Shown here: piece by piece, positions 1 to 9,690 of the stretch
Numbering within the stretch: position 1 is the first letter of the stretch
Layout: the number at the start of each line of letters is the position of its first letter
Assembly (NCBI GenBank): GCA_023700245.1
Contig: JAJPRE010000001.1
Span: 2,022 to 66,021 of the forward strand
Length of the DNA: 64,000 nucleotides
Reading direction: 5' to 3'
DNA from: Candidatus Thalassarchaeaceae archaeon
Lineage (GTDB): Archaea; Thermoplasmatota; Poseidoniia; Poseidoniales; Thalassarchaeaceae
Notes under the pieces: model-generated
Told to the model about the DNA's origin: nothing
The model's input: the letters and a program-made list of their open reading frames with translations, nothing else
The model's database searches: none
Translations under genes and position numbers: made by a program

Positions 1-2341
1 CCCATACAACAACTATTGCAAGAGGTAGCCACATTACGAATCCTTTGAGCATTCCCCTTTGTGGTGTTTCTTCCCTTGAAACATTGATTACAACAAGCAT
101 AAGTAAAATCACTCCTGCAACTATTCCTGTGGATGCTACAGCAGATCTTGCCACATCTTCACTTATTTGAGCAAGAATCAATCCTCTTCCAGATACTTTG
201 TATTCTCCGTCATTTGCATTTAATCCATTATCTAATCCTGTAACAAAATTAACTGTTTCTTGCCAATCTAAAGATGGTGCATAGAAACTAATCACAGTTT
301 GTTTGAAATCTCCTCTTAGATATCTAAAAGTCAAATCTTGATTAGCATCAACCCAATTTTGTAATTGTAACCACTCAGGGCTATCGGTATCTATGGTATC
401 TAATATTGCTCTTAATTCAGCATCTCTAGTGGCTTCTAATTCTAATAATTCCCATACGCCAGTTTGTTCAGAAATACTAGTATCAGCATCTAAAACAGAC
501 ATTGCTTCAAGATAACTATCTCTTCCAGTATCACTGAATACTTCTGTATTAATTACAACATAAAGGGGAGCGGTATTCTGGCCAGCAAAATCATCACTCA
601 AGACAAGGAAATCAGCTACAACTGGGATTTCTTCATCTAACTGATCTCTGAAATCAAAACCAATTTCTAGTTGAGATATTCCTGCACCAATTGGTAAAGA
701 AATTAGTAAAGCAGCGACAATAACAGTCATTGGATTGAGTGCTTGCTCACCTGACCAGATTGAAAATTTACTTTCTTCAATTCTAACAGATTTTGCAATA
801 GCAATCTTTTGAGGCTTTAGAATTGTTAATAATGCCGGTAGAGCAGTAATTGAAAGTAGATAGATGAAAAATAATCCAACTGCGATTACTGTACCAAATA
901 CAACTAAGAAATTTTGAGCTGATAATCTAAAACTCAGAAATCCTACCATATCTGTAAAAATTGCAACAACTAATGCAGCAGAAGTTAGAACAGTTCCAGT
1001 TTTAATTGCCCTAGCCCTTGCTTCTGCAGAAAAATCAGCCATAGTTTCTTTTCCTTCTGAATCTAAATTTGCTAATTCTTCACGGTAACGTAAAACAACG
1101 TGCAATCCGTAATCAACACCTATTGCTAGAAGTAATATCGGTATACTATTCATAGCACCATTAAATTCAAGTTTTAGTATTCCTGCAACTCCATAAGTAG
1201 CTCCAATTGCTAATAAAGTAAGGAAAATAACAATACTAGTATCCCTTATACTTCTGAATTGCCTCCACAATATAATTCCAAGAATTACAATCGATGCACT
1301 AGTAAGAATTCCAATTTCAGCACCAAGATTACCCGCTTGCTCTTCTGCAAATCTATTAAATCCAAATACAGTAATTGTACTTCCATGGGTTTCTTGTAAT
1401 GATTCTTCTAATCCTAATGTCATTTCACTTATTATTGGTGAAACTTCAGTATCTAATTCCATATTGTGAACTGAGGGCTTTGTATCAATTGCTAATGTTA
1501 CTAATGCTATATTTGCTTCAGACCACGGATTATCTCTTGATTCTGAAGGGAACATACTCATCATTCCAGTCCTCAAATCTATTTCTTGAAGCGCACTTAA
1601 TGGTGCTAAACTGGCCATTGCTTGTCCTTGTAGAGGGGCAATTGATGCATTTTGTGTCTCATTCCTATTTTCAGTAAGGCTAGAAACCATGCCAATCAAC
1701 ATTCCAATCTTTTCAGCATTATTCTCTCCTGAATCCATTCTAGATTGCCATTCACCAGGCATTCCAACATTCCAGTTGTCTAAATCATCTGAATCAGGAT
1801 ATTCTGTAGAAGGCATAGTTGAAATAATAATCATAGCTTCAGAAATAGCAGAACTTAGATTCACATCATCAGCCATTGTCACATTCATTAATGCAGTTTC
1901 AACTGCATCTGACCAAGTATCAGATATTGGATCTTGTATTTGTTGCCAAAAAATAACTGAGCTTGCAGGACCTGAATTTGGTGATCCTCCAAATAATCCA
2001 TAATGATAATCAATCATTTTTGAATTTTCTAAATCTCCTGTATGAGTTAACATATCAGATTCTATATTTGCAAGCAAGTTCCATGTTGCTTCATTTTCTA
2101 AATCTCCAACTTCGAATCTAACAATAGATCTGACTAAATCTACATCTACTGTATATGTATCTTCTACTTCATAGAGTAAATCTGTAGTTTCATTATCTGG
2201 ATAAAAAGCATCTTCAGAATTATCAAAAACTATGTATTGAGCAAATGAGGATAAGGCTAGAATACTTATCACAGCTACTGCAATTACAGTTTTTGGTTTG
2301 TCTACAGACATTTCGCTTAAAGTATCGAATGGGTTTTTCAT
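1..2341 (-). CDS. MMPL/RND-family membrane transporter (3' end runs off the window)
   Basis: Hand translation from ATG at 2341: MKNPFDTLSEMSVDKPKTVIAVAVISILALSSFAQYIVFDNSEDAFYP..., a large extracytoplasmic loop, a TM bundle with the RND motif LAIGVDYGLHVV, then a second repeat. ATGA overlap with the stop of the upstream bcp. Not in the ORF track. Confidence 0.85.
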   Translation of the reverse strand, partial: MKNPFDTLSEMSVDKPKTVIAVAVISILALSSFAQYIVFDNSEDAFYPDNETTDLLYEVEDTYTVDVDLVRSIVRFEVGDLENEATWNLLANIESDMLTHTGDLENSKMIDYHYGLFGGSPNSGPASSVIFWQQIQDPISDTWSDAVETALMNVTMADDVNLSSAISEAMIIISTMPSTEYPDSDDLDNWNVGMPGEWQSRMDSGENNAEKIGMLIGMVSSLTENRNETQNASIAPLQGQAMASLAPLSALQEIDLRTGMMSMFPSESRDNPWSEANIALVTLAIDTKPSVHNMELDTEVSPIISEMTLGLEESLQETHGSTITVFGFNRFAEEQAGNLGAEIGILTSASIVILGIILWRQFRSIRDTSIVIFLTLLAIGATYGVAGILKLEFNGAMNSIPILLLAIGVDYGLHVVLRYREELANLDSEGKETMADFSAEARARAIKTGTVLTSAALVVAIFTDMVGFLSFRLSAQNFLVVFGTVIAVGLFFIYLLSITALPALLTILKPQKIAIAKSVRIEESKFSIWSGEQALNPMTVIVAALLISLPIGAGISQLEIGFDFRDQLDEEIPVVADFLVLSDDFAGQNTAPLYVVINTEVFSDTGRDSYLEAMSVLDADTSISEQTGVWELLELEATRDAELRAILDTIDTDSPEWLQLQNWVDANQDLTFRYLRGDFKQTVISFYAPSLDWQETVNFVTGLDNGLNANDGEYKVSGRGLILAQISEDVARSAVASTGIVAGVILLMLVVINVSREETPQRGMLKGFVMWLPLAIVVVW

Positions 2342-2811
2342 ACAATTATTCCTCTGGATTTTATTACTTTCAATGCTTTATTTACGTGACCAGTTACTCC
2401 TAACTGGCTGGTATGTGCAAAGGCAATAATTCCGGCCGGGTCTATTACGAATGTAACTCTTGCCCGCAAGAAGCCAAAGTCCTTCTTCAATTTCAGTGCT
2501 TTAGCTAATGCTCCGCCCTTATCGCTTAATAGCGGATATTGTAATTTATATCTCTTCTTGAATCGCTTATGAGATGAAACAGAATCTGAAGAAACACCGT
2601 ATAGTAAAATTCCAGCTTCACTGAATTTCTCATATCTATCTCTGAATGAACATGATTGTAATGTACAACCTGGAGATTCATCCTTAGGGTAGAAGAATAC
2701 AACCGTCCATTTATTTTCCATATTATCATTAGAAACTAGATTATTTTCATCATCATAAGATTCAAAATTAGGAAATTTAGTTCCTAAAAGATATGCATGA
2801 GCATCAGCCAT
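2338..2811 (-). CDS. bcp: Peroxiredoxin, BCP/PrxQ family
   Basis: FYPKDESPGCTLQSCSFRD (PxxxSxxC with CxxxxC) and the conserved Arg in RVTFVID. Confidence 0.9.
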   Translation of the reverse strand: MADAHAYLLGTKFPNFESYDDENNLVSNDNMENKWTVVFFYPKDESPGCTLQSCSFRDRYEKFSEAGILLYGVSSDSVSSHKRFKKRYKLQYPLLSDKGGALAKALKLKKDFGFLRARVTFVIDPAGIIAFAHTSQLGVTGHVNKALKVIKSRGIIV

Positions 2812-2815
2812 TTAG

Positions 2816-4222
2816 TTATCTCCACTTACCTAGTGAATCACTTAGCGCTGATTGAAGATCTGTATGAATAAATTCGTATCCCGATTCTTGCAAATTCTTT
2901 GGAAGTACTCTTTGACTGTCTAAGGTGAGCCTTGCTCCCATTTCTCCAAACATAATTTTCATCATAAACCCTGGAAGAGGTGCAAAGGCAGGCCTTCTCA
3001 AGACTCTACCTAGGTCCTTTGCAAATTGCTTTTGTCTTACTGGATTTGGAGCTGTTAAGTTGTATTCTCCAGATACTCCCTCACTCATCATTAAGTGATA
3101 CATGGAATATATTTGATCATCCATTGAAATCCAAGACATCCATTGCTTTCCACTTCCTATAGGGCCTCCTCCGCCCATTTTAGCAGGTAACAACATTTTA
3201 CCCAAAGCTCCACCGACTGCAGAAATTACAATACCTGTTCTCATGTGAACTGTCCTTATTCCAGCTTCCTTAGCCGGATTTGCACTATTTTCCCATTCTT
3301 TACAAACATCAGTTAGGAAATAACCATCTTCTCCACTAGTACTACTCTCATCTAATTCTTCATCTCCACGATTTCCATAGTAACCAATTGCACTAGCCAT
3401 CATGAATAAGTCAGGCTTATCTTCAAGACTCGCTAATGTTTTGCTTAGTAATTCAGTACTATTTACTCTACTATCCCTAATTGCTGCTTTTCTCTTTTTA
3501 CTCCATCTCTTGTCGCCTATTCCTACGCCACCTAGGTGGATTACTACATCAAAACCTTCCAATTCTTTTGCATTTATTTCACCCTTGTCAGGACTCCAAG
3601 ATATTTCATTTTTATTTGAATCAGCAGCTCTTCTAACTAATCTCCAAACTTCGTGATTTCCTGTATCTAAGAAAGCTACTAATTGAGTTCCGATTAATCC
3701 AGATGAGCCAACTACCAATATCTTCTTTCTTGGCATATCAAGAAACTTAGCATGATTATCTAAATCTCTTTTCAAACGAAACTCTCTTGCTTTAAACATA
3801 GATGAAATACGTCCTGTAACTAAAGATCCTCCTAGTACTTTGTCAACTAACATCCCTAATGGTCCGAATGGGACGCTATATGTCACATCATCAACAACAG
3901 TAGTAACTCCGTTTTCCTCTTTTAGATAGTGATCATGATCCCATTTCCAAAATGGACCCTTGACCATTGTATCTGCAAAGTAGTTTGGCTTATCGTACCC
4001 AGTATGTTCTGCAACCCATGTCAAATTGATGAATGGAGCACCTGGTGCTGGAAATTTGAATACTCTTTGAGACCCAACTTCTAGTGAATCATCAGCCCTT
4101 ACTTCTTGAGCAACTTCCCAAGGAGGCATTAGTCTTCTGAAAGACCCTTCATGCTCAAACCAAGCAAATGTAGTATCTATATCCGCATTAACAACAGTTT
4201 CATGTTTGTAGTTTGTTGGCAT
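2816..4222 (-). CDS. SRPBCC domain fused to TIGR01777 (YfcH-like) NAD-dependent epimerase
   Basis: N-terminal SRPBCC-like region (FRRLMPPW, GPFWKWDHDH), then GSSGLIG Rossmann motif, SAIGYYG, GSGKQWMSWI and DUF1731-like C-terminus. Confidence 0.85.
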   Translation of the reverse strand: MPTNYKHETVVNADIDTTFAWFEHEGSFRRLMPPWEVAQEVRADDSLEVGSQRVFKFPAPGAPFINLTWVAEHTGYDKPNYFADTMVKGPFWKWDHDHYLKEENGVTTVVDDVTYSVPFGPLGMLVDKVLGGSLVTGRISSMFKAREFRLKRDLDNHAKFLDMPRKKILVVGSSGLIGTQLVAFLDTGNHEVWRLVRRAADSNKNEISWSPDKGEINAKELEGFDVVIHLGGVGIGDKRWSKKRKAAIRDSRVNSTELLSKTLASLEDKPDLFMMASAIGYYGNRGDEELDESSTSGEDGYFLTDVCKEWENSANPAKEAGIRTVHMRTGIVISAVGGALGKMLLPAKMGGGGPIGSGKQWMSWISMDDQIYSMYHLMMSEGVSGEYNLTAPNPVRQKQFAKDLGRVLRRPAFAPLPGFMMKIMFGEMGARLTLDSQRVLPKNLQESGYEFIHTDLQSALSDSLGKWR

Positions 4223-4223
4223 A

Positions 4224-5768
4224 TCATAACCTCTCTATTTCCTTTGGCAATGGGGCGTTCTCTGACCAGCGACTTATGTAATTTTTGAGTTTTAACTTCC
4301 TTCTTGCACTTTCAGTTGTCATATATCGAACCTTTCCGAATACTGGTCTTTCAGGCCCCCAAGCTCTATCATGACGTCCTAAAACCCAGAATATTCCAGT
4401 GTAGGAATTTGGATCTCTTCCATCTAGTGCCCATCTATCATTTATTCGAATCATCCAATCAGCAGCAGTATTCGGGTCGGGAGCCCACTCTAAAATTTTC
4501 TTACCCCAAACCATTCTCATATAATTATGAATTATCCCAGTTCGCAAAAGCTCTCTTTGAGCTGCGTTCCAAACATCATTGTCTGTATTTGCATTTTCAA
4601 TATCTTCGAATGAGTAAGACTCTCGATCATCATCAGCATGCTCACTCAGAGATTTTTTAGCCCAATTTGGTATTGAATCAATGGATTTGTGATCTCTTCT
4701 ATAATGTGCAAAGTTGAATCCTAATTCTCTCCAAGTTATTATTTGGTCAAGGAATGACTCTTCACTTTCAGATAAACCCCACCATCCAGAACGAGTACCT
4801 TTACCCATATCTTCGAAACACGTCATGTCATATGTCCATTTACTTCTTTCAAACAACTGAACAATAACTTCGATAGTTGATAAGTGCCCGAAATGGAAGA
4901 ATGGTGAAAGTGTACTTACTGCCGGATCTTCTGTATTATTCCTATCAGAAGAATATCTTCTTAGATTTATTTCAAGAAACATTTCCATTCTTTTTTTTGC
5001 TTCAAAACGCCCACCTGGTATTTTTTTTACTGGTTTGACTACGTGATCAATATCTAGAGGGGCCATTGCTTCTTGTGATATTTTTCCTGTTTCTGCAACT
5101 CTCCATAACCACTCTAGAGGAGTAAATTGAACTTCTATAGCAGCAAAAAGAGAAACCATTTCTAATTCATCAAACATTAAATTTTTAGCAACATTTTTCA
5201 TTGAATTTCTCAAAGGTAAGTTTAGAAGAGCATCTGCCATACTTCTTTGTACATGTTTTCTAAATGAGTAGGCTGTTAGATGTTCTTTGCCCGCCCATGC
5301 CATTGGTAAAATTCCATTTGAATCTGCTGCTTCTAATTGCACCTTACATATTAAAGCGGCCCTTTCCATAACCAATCTTGGTAAATATGTAGGATAATCA
5401 TCAATTATAACTGCACAAGCGTGACTTGATAATTTCTTTAGCAAATCAACTCCAGCATCTTTGTGAGTTTCAACCCAGGGTAAATATGTGACCTTATTTT
5501 TTGCAAATATTTTAGAATTATCAAGCATACCTTGAACCGTGAAAGCCAATATTCTTTCATTAGCCCATTCGTGCCTAATTGACATACACTCTACAACCAT
5601 GACCGGCTTGTCCATTTCTAGAGATAGCTCAACCGCTCTGTCCAAGGCAGAATTGTAATGAAATCTTCTAGATGAAGTCATCCAATATAGTATGTAGTCG
5701 CCGTTAACATTGGTTTCAAGGGAATTTAATTTGCGAATCCTAGATTCTTTTTCTTGAACCACAACCAT
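4224..5768 (-). CDS. phr: Class II CPD DNA photolyase
   Basis: ILYWM, SxLSPFFHFGHLS, HNYMRMVWGKKILEW, DGRDPNSYTGIFWVLGRHDRAW and FGKVRYM are class II photolyase signatures. Confidence 0.9.
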   Translation of the reverse strand: MVVVQEKESRIRKLNSLETNVNGDYILYWMTSSRRFHYNSALDRAVELSLEMDKPVMVVECMSIRHEWANERILAFTVQGMLDNSKIFAKNKVTYLPWVETHKDAGVDLLKKLSSHACAVIIDDYPTYLPRLVMERAALICKVQLEAADSNGILPMAWAGKEHLTAYSFRKHVQRSMADALLNLPLRNSMKNVAKNLMFDELEMVSLFAAIEVQFTPLEWLWRVAETGKISQEAMAPLDIDHVVKPVKKIPGGRFEAKKRMEMFLEINLRRYSSDRNNTEDPAVSTLSPFFHFGHLSTIEVIVQLFERSKWTYDMTCFEDMGKGTRSGWWGLSESEESFLDQIITWRELGFNFAHYRRDHKSIDSIPNWAKKSLSEHADDDRESYSFEDIENANTDNDVWNAAQRELLRTGIIHNYMRMVWGKKILEWAPDPNTAADWMIRINDRWALDGRDPNSYTGIFWVLGRHDRAWGPERPVFGKVRYMTTESARRKLKLKNYISRWSENAPLPKEIERL

Positions 5769-5896
5769 ATGTACAACTACCTGTAATTTTCGTCTACTTT
5801 CAACTCACCTATAAGTAAGTGTTTTCAAATATTCAAAATTATATTTGTAATGGAAATAAACATCCATTCATAAGCAGCTAGTTTCGCTCAGCAAAT

Positions 5897-6505
5897 ATGA
5901 CTATCCAAAAATGGAAAGGTGCTGAACCAATAGATATTGAAGCCGACGCCATGCTCCCAACTGAGCATGGGAATTTCAAAATAAGGGTCACTGTAGACTC
6001 AAAGGGAAAGGAACACTCTCTTCTATACACAGGAGACTTACAATCTTGCCATGCACCATTAATCAGGATTCATTCTGAATGCCTCACAGGAGATGCGTTT
6101 GGATCAATGAAATGCGATTGTGGCCCACAACTAAGACTATCAATGCAAAAAATCCAGGAAGAAGGGACTGGAGCTATTCTTTACTTGCGACAAGAAGGTC
6201 GTGACATTGGACTTCACTCTAAAATTAAAGCATACGCATTGCAAGATAAAGGATACGATACACTAGATGCAAACCTCGCATTAGGCCTACCAGCAGATGC
6301 AAGAGAATATTCAATAGCAGCTACCATGCTGAAGGAAATGGGGATATCTCAAGTGCGCATGATGACAAATAATCCTCTCAAAGTAAAGGGGTTAGAAGAG
6401 AACGGCATAGAAGTTTTAGAGCGCAAAGAACACATAAGTGGAATAGGACAATTTAACAAAGATTATCTCGCAACAAAGAAAAGGAGAATGGGGCACATAC
6501 TCTAA
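5897..6505 (+). CDS. ribA: GTP cyclohydrolase II (bacterial type)
   Basis: RIHSECLTGDAFGSMKCDCG zinc motif, YLRQEGRDIGL, TNNPLK, YLATKKRRMGH. Confidence 0.95.
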   Translation: MTIQKWKGAEPIDIEADAMLPTEHGNFKIRVTVDSKGKEHSLLYTGDLQSCHAPLIRIHSECLTGDAFGSMKCDCGPQLRLSMQKIQEEGTGAILYLRQEGRDIGLHSKIKAYALQDKGYDTLDANLALGLPADAREYSIAATMLKEMGISQVRMMTNNPLKVKGLEENGIEVLERKEHISGIGQFNKDYLATKKRRMGHIL

Positions 6506-6546
6506 AATTTGGAGTAAATTCTATTTAATTTTAAGGAGAATGAATT

Positions 6547-7020
6547 ATGACATCACTAATCGGATCTATAGCACCAATGTTTGCCCTAAAAACTAGTGAT
6601 AATGAAGACTTTTCATTATCAGACCTAGATGGTCAATGGAAAGTAATTTTCTTCTATGCAAAAGATGGCTCTCCAGCGTGCAAGAGAGGATGTCTTTCTT
6701 TCAAAGACCAGTATGATTTATTTCGTTCTCTGACTCCTCCAGTAGAAGTTATTGGGATAAGTCAAGATTCAGTCGAACAACATAAAGAATTCAAAGAAGA
6801 CTTAAAATTGCCCTTCACATTACTTTCAGACCCTGGAAGGAAAGTAGCATTAGAATATGAAGTAGCTACTCACCTTGGAGTATTTCCTGCAAAATCTACT
6901 TTCTTATTAGGGCCTGATAATACCATTCACCATGTTTACGACTGGCTATTCAGACCTAGAACCCATGTTGCAAAGATACTTTCTTCAATGAGTGAAATTA
7001 CAGATGGAGCAGGATTCTGA
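6547..7020 (+). CDS. Divergent BCP-like peroxiredoxin
   Basis: AhpC/TSA fold (IGISQDSVEQHKEF, LPFTLLSD) but an altered active site: FYAKDGSPACKRGC and AKSTF. Confidence 0.8.
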   Translation: MTSLIGSIAPMFALKTSDNEDFSLSDLDGQWKVIFFYAKDGSPACKRGCLSFKDQYDLFRSLTPPVEVIGISQDSVEQHKEFKEDLKLPFTLLSDPGRKVALEYEVATHLGVFPAKSTFLLGPDNTIHHVYDWLFRPRTHVAKILSSMSEITDGAGF

Positions 7021-8396
7021 TGAATTGGACTACTTTATTAGTCGATGCTGGCCTCTCAGAAAGAGAAGCCGAAGTAGTAATTGTCCTCTCAAATAAATCT
7101 AATCTCAAAGCAAGTGAATTAGCAAAAGAACTCGGAACAACTCGGTTAGATGCTTACAATTCTCTCGAGAGATTACAAAGTACAGGATTAGTAACTGTTA
7201 CCGTGGACAGGCCAATGAAATTTTCAAGTCCTCCATTAAAAAATGTATTAGAGCATTTGATAAATATTAGAAAGGAACAACTCTCTAAGATTCAACAAGG
7301 GTTTGAAGATATCAAACAAGGTAATTCACAATATGTACAAGAAGATGTAACAGAACCAGCAGAAGTAGAGCCAAAATTTGCTGTATTGAAGGAAAGAATT
7401 CATATCTTTACAAAGATGGAAAAGATGGCAAAAGATTCTCAACATTCCCTTATCCTAACATTAGGAAAATTTGGAATATTACACTTGTGTAGAAGTACAG
7501 CTCTTTCTGAAGTCAATAAGGCTGCACAACGAGGAGTCGAAGTCAGAGTCATAGCGCAACTAGATCGCAGAACAATTCGATTCTTCTCAGAGTTAGATCC
7601 TTCAGTTTCAGTTCGTCATAGTGATGATTTAGAATCTCAAGGCACAGTAGTAGATTCCTCTGAAGCAATTCAATATCTAAATACAGAAGAAAATCCAGTA
7701 GGTCGTGGAAAAACTGATGCAGCTTTATTGATTGAATCGGCACCGTTTGCAGACTCACAGAGAAATCTAATCGAAAGTATTTGGGAAGAAGCCATACCAT
7801 TTTCTTTAGCATCAAAAAGATTCACTGAAGAAAGAATCGTTGATCCTCTCAAACTAACATTAGACGGTGGATCGTTCTTGGATAGAATTCGTGATGTTTT
7901 ACAAATATCTGATGAATTACCTGAATCAGACTCTCCATTCAATCTTGATGCTTTCATGGCCTCTGGATTAGAAATAAGTGACGCAAGAAAGAAGTTAGGA
8001 ACTGGGGGAATCGCTAGCCTTAGCACATTCGGTATTGATGTAGGATCTCTTCTACGTCAAGTTGGAAATAGAATAGGTGAAGAATTAGCATTCAGCCTAA
8101 GGAAGATAGATGGGCATGTAGAATTTCTTAGTGAAATGATGGATTGGTATGAATATGCTGGTTTAGGTGAATTAAACTATGATTCCGACCCCACTTTCCA
8201 TATCAAAGTCCACCTATCATCCAACACAGATAATTTGGAAGAACTTCCTTTGTGGGAATTGGACGATGGCATAATTGAAGGTACATTGATGAGCAGATAT
8301 TCAGCAATAAATGAAGTATCAATTGAAAGAATTCAATCTCCAGAAAATTCCGATGAATTTTGTAGATATAATTTGATATTATCTGATGATAATTAG
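7020..8396 (+). CDS. TrmB-family transcriptional regulator with PLD-like effector domain and V4R-like C-terminus
   Basis: N-terminal wHTH GLSEREAEV...ASELAKELGTTRLDAYNSLERLQSTGLV; AAQRGVEVRVI effector domain; C-terminal GNRIGEELA...AGLGEL...GIIEGTL...FCRYNL pattern resembling V4R. Confidence 0.8.
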   Translation: MNWTTLLVDAGLSEREAEVVIVLSNKSNLKASELAKELGTTRLDAYNSLERLQSTGLVTVTVDRPMKFSSPPLKNVLEHLINIRKEQLSKIQQGFEDIKQGNSQYVQEDVTEPAEVEPKFAVLKERIHIFTKMEKMAKDSQHSLILTLGKFGILHLCRSTALSEVNKAAQRGVEVRVIAQLDRRTIRFFSELDPSVSVRHSDDLESQGTVVDSSEAIQYLNTEENPVGRGKTDAALLIESAPFADSQRNLIESIWEEAIPFSLASKRFTEERIVDPLKLTLDGGSFLDRIRDVLQISDELPESDSPFNLDAFMASGLEISDARKKLGTGGIASLSTFGIDVGSLLRQVGNRIGEELAFSLRKIDGHVEFLSEMMDWYEYAGLGELNYDSDPTFHIKVHLSSNTDNLEELPLWELDDGIIEGTLMSRYSAINEVSIERIQSPENSDEFCRYNLILSDDN

Positions 8397-9690
8397 ATTT
8401 AGTATCTTTTTTTATTACTATCAGTTATATTCTATTACATTTGGAGACGTAATCATGAGGTTCTTTACATTCAGTCGTTTTATGTATCAAATACTCAGGA
8501 AAAAGGAGGCAAATCTAACTTGGATTCAATCTCAAGGGCTTCTTGCAGTAAAGCTATCTCAAATATTTGCACTAAGGCCAGATTTATTATCAATTGAGAA
8601 ATGTAAACAACTTCAAACATTGTATGGGCAAGCTTCTACAATTCCAACTGAGAATGTTCAAAGTATATTGAAAAGCAAAGCGTCTAAAAAATTTCATGAT
8701 TCTATTGAATGGTTTGATGATACTCCATTAGCTGCAGCATCCGTAGGGCAAGTTCACAGGGCCCGACTAAAAACAGGTGAGGAAGTCGTTGTAAAAATTA
8801 TAAAAGCAAATCATAAGAATAAATTCCAAAAAGATGTTTACAGAATGAAGAGATGGCTAAAAATTCTAATATTATTTTCACCCAAATTAAGAAAAGTTGG
8901 TAACCCAATTGCTCTATTAAATCACGTTGAAGATTATACTTTGAGAGAACTTAATCTAAATAATGAAATTAAGGGTGGAAATAAATTAAAACAAATTCAA
9001 TCCGATTTAGAAGATAATTTTCCAATGCCAAGACTCAAATTTCCAAAATATTATGAAGAATTATCAAATGAAGATGTTTTAGTATCGGAATTTATAGATG
9101 GAATAACATTAGAAGAAGGAATTAGGGCTCAAAACCTAGATTGGGATTATTTAATTGAATTATTTAGAATCCATGGAGCATATATGTTTGGAGTCGGAAC
9201 TTTCCATGGTGACCTCCATCCTGGTAATTGTATAATTGATAAAGATGGAAACTTTGTATTCATAGATAATGGTGCGATTTGTGATTCTCCAAAACGTATC
9301 AGCCTCTCCCTTTTCAGATTCTTTGAGCACCTATCTGCCGATTCTAAAGATGATGCATACGAAGCTCTACTAACTCTGGCCGAATCACGACCTAGTGAAA
9401 ATAAAATCATCAAATTTAAAGGAAAAATGTCTGATATTTATGACGGATTTGCAGACAGATCTGTTGGAGAACAAAGCCTCACAGAAGTTATGATGAGGAC
9501 AGTGAGAGCAGCAGTAGAAGAAGCAGGTGCAGATTTTGGAGAAGAAGCATTTCCCATTATTAGATCACTTATGTACATGGATGGATTAGTAATCCGAACC
9601 CATCCAGAAGTAAAATTAATCCATGAAATGGGCCCATCTTTGGATGAGTTCAGAGAAGGATTAGGATTAGGAAAGGAGATATTAGTATGA
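8386..9690 (+). CDS. ABC1/UbiB (AarF) atypical kinase
   Basis: VKLSQIFALRPDLL, PLAAASVGQVHRA, VVVK, FHGDLHPGN, FIDNG. Start may instead be ATG 8455. Confidence 0.9.
   Translation: MIIRFSIFFYYYQLYSITFGDVIMRFFTFSRFMYQILRKKEANLTWIQSQGLLAVKLSQIFALRPDLLSIEKCKQLQTLYGQASTIPTENVQSILKSKASKKFHDSIEWFDDTPLAAASVGQVHRARLKTGEEVVVKIIKANHKNKFQKDVYRMKRWLKILILFSPKLRKVGNPIALLNHVEDYTLRELNLNNEIKGGNKLKQIQSDLEDNFPMPRLKFPKYYEELSNEDVLVSEFIDGITLEEGIRAQNLDWDYLIELFRIHGAYMFGVGTFHGDLHPGNCIIDKDGNFVFIDNGAICDSPKRISLSLFRFFEHLSADSKDDAYEALLTLAESRPSENKIIKFKGKMSDIYDGFADRSVGEQSLTEVMMRTVRAAVEEAGADFGEEAFPIIRSLMYMDGLVIRTHPEVKLIHEMGPSLDEFREGLGLGKEILV

Noticed and set aside
1375-2003. Plus-strand ORFs 1375-1677 and 1689-2003
   Set aside because: Antisense shadows of the MMPL gene, which the track missed because it is cut by the window edge.
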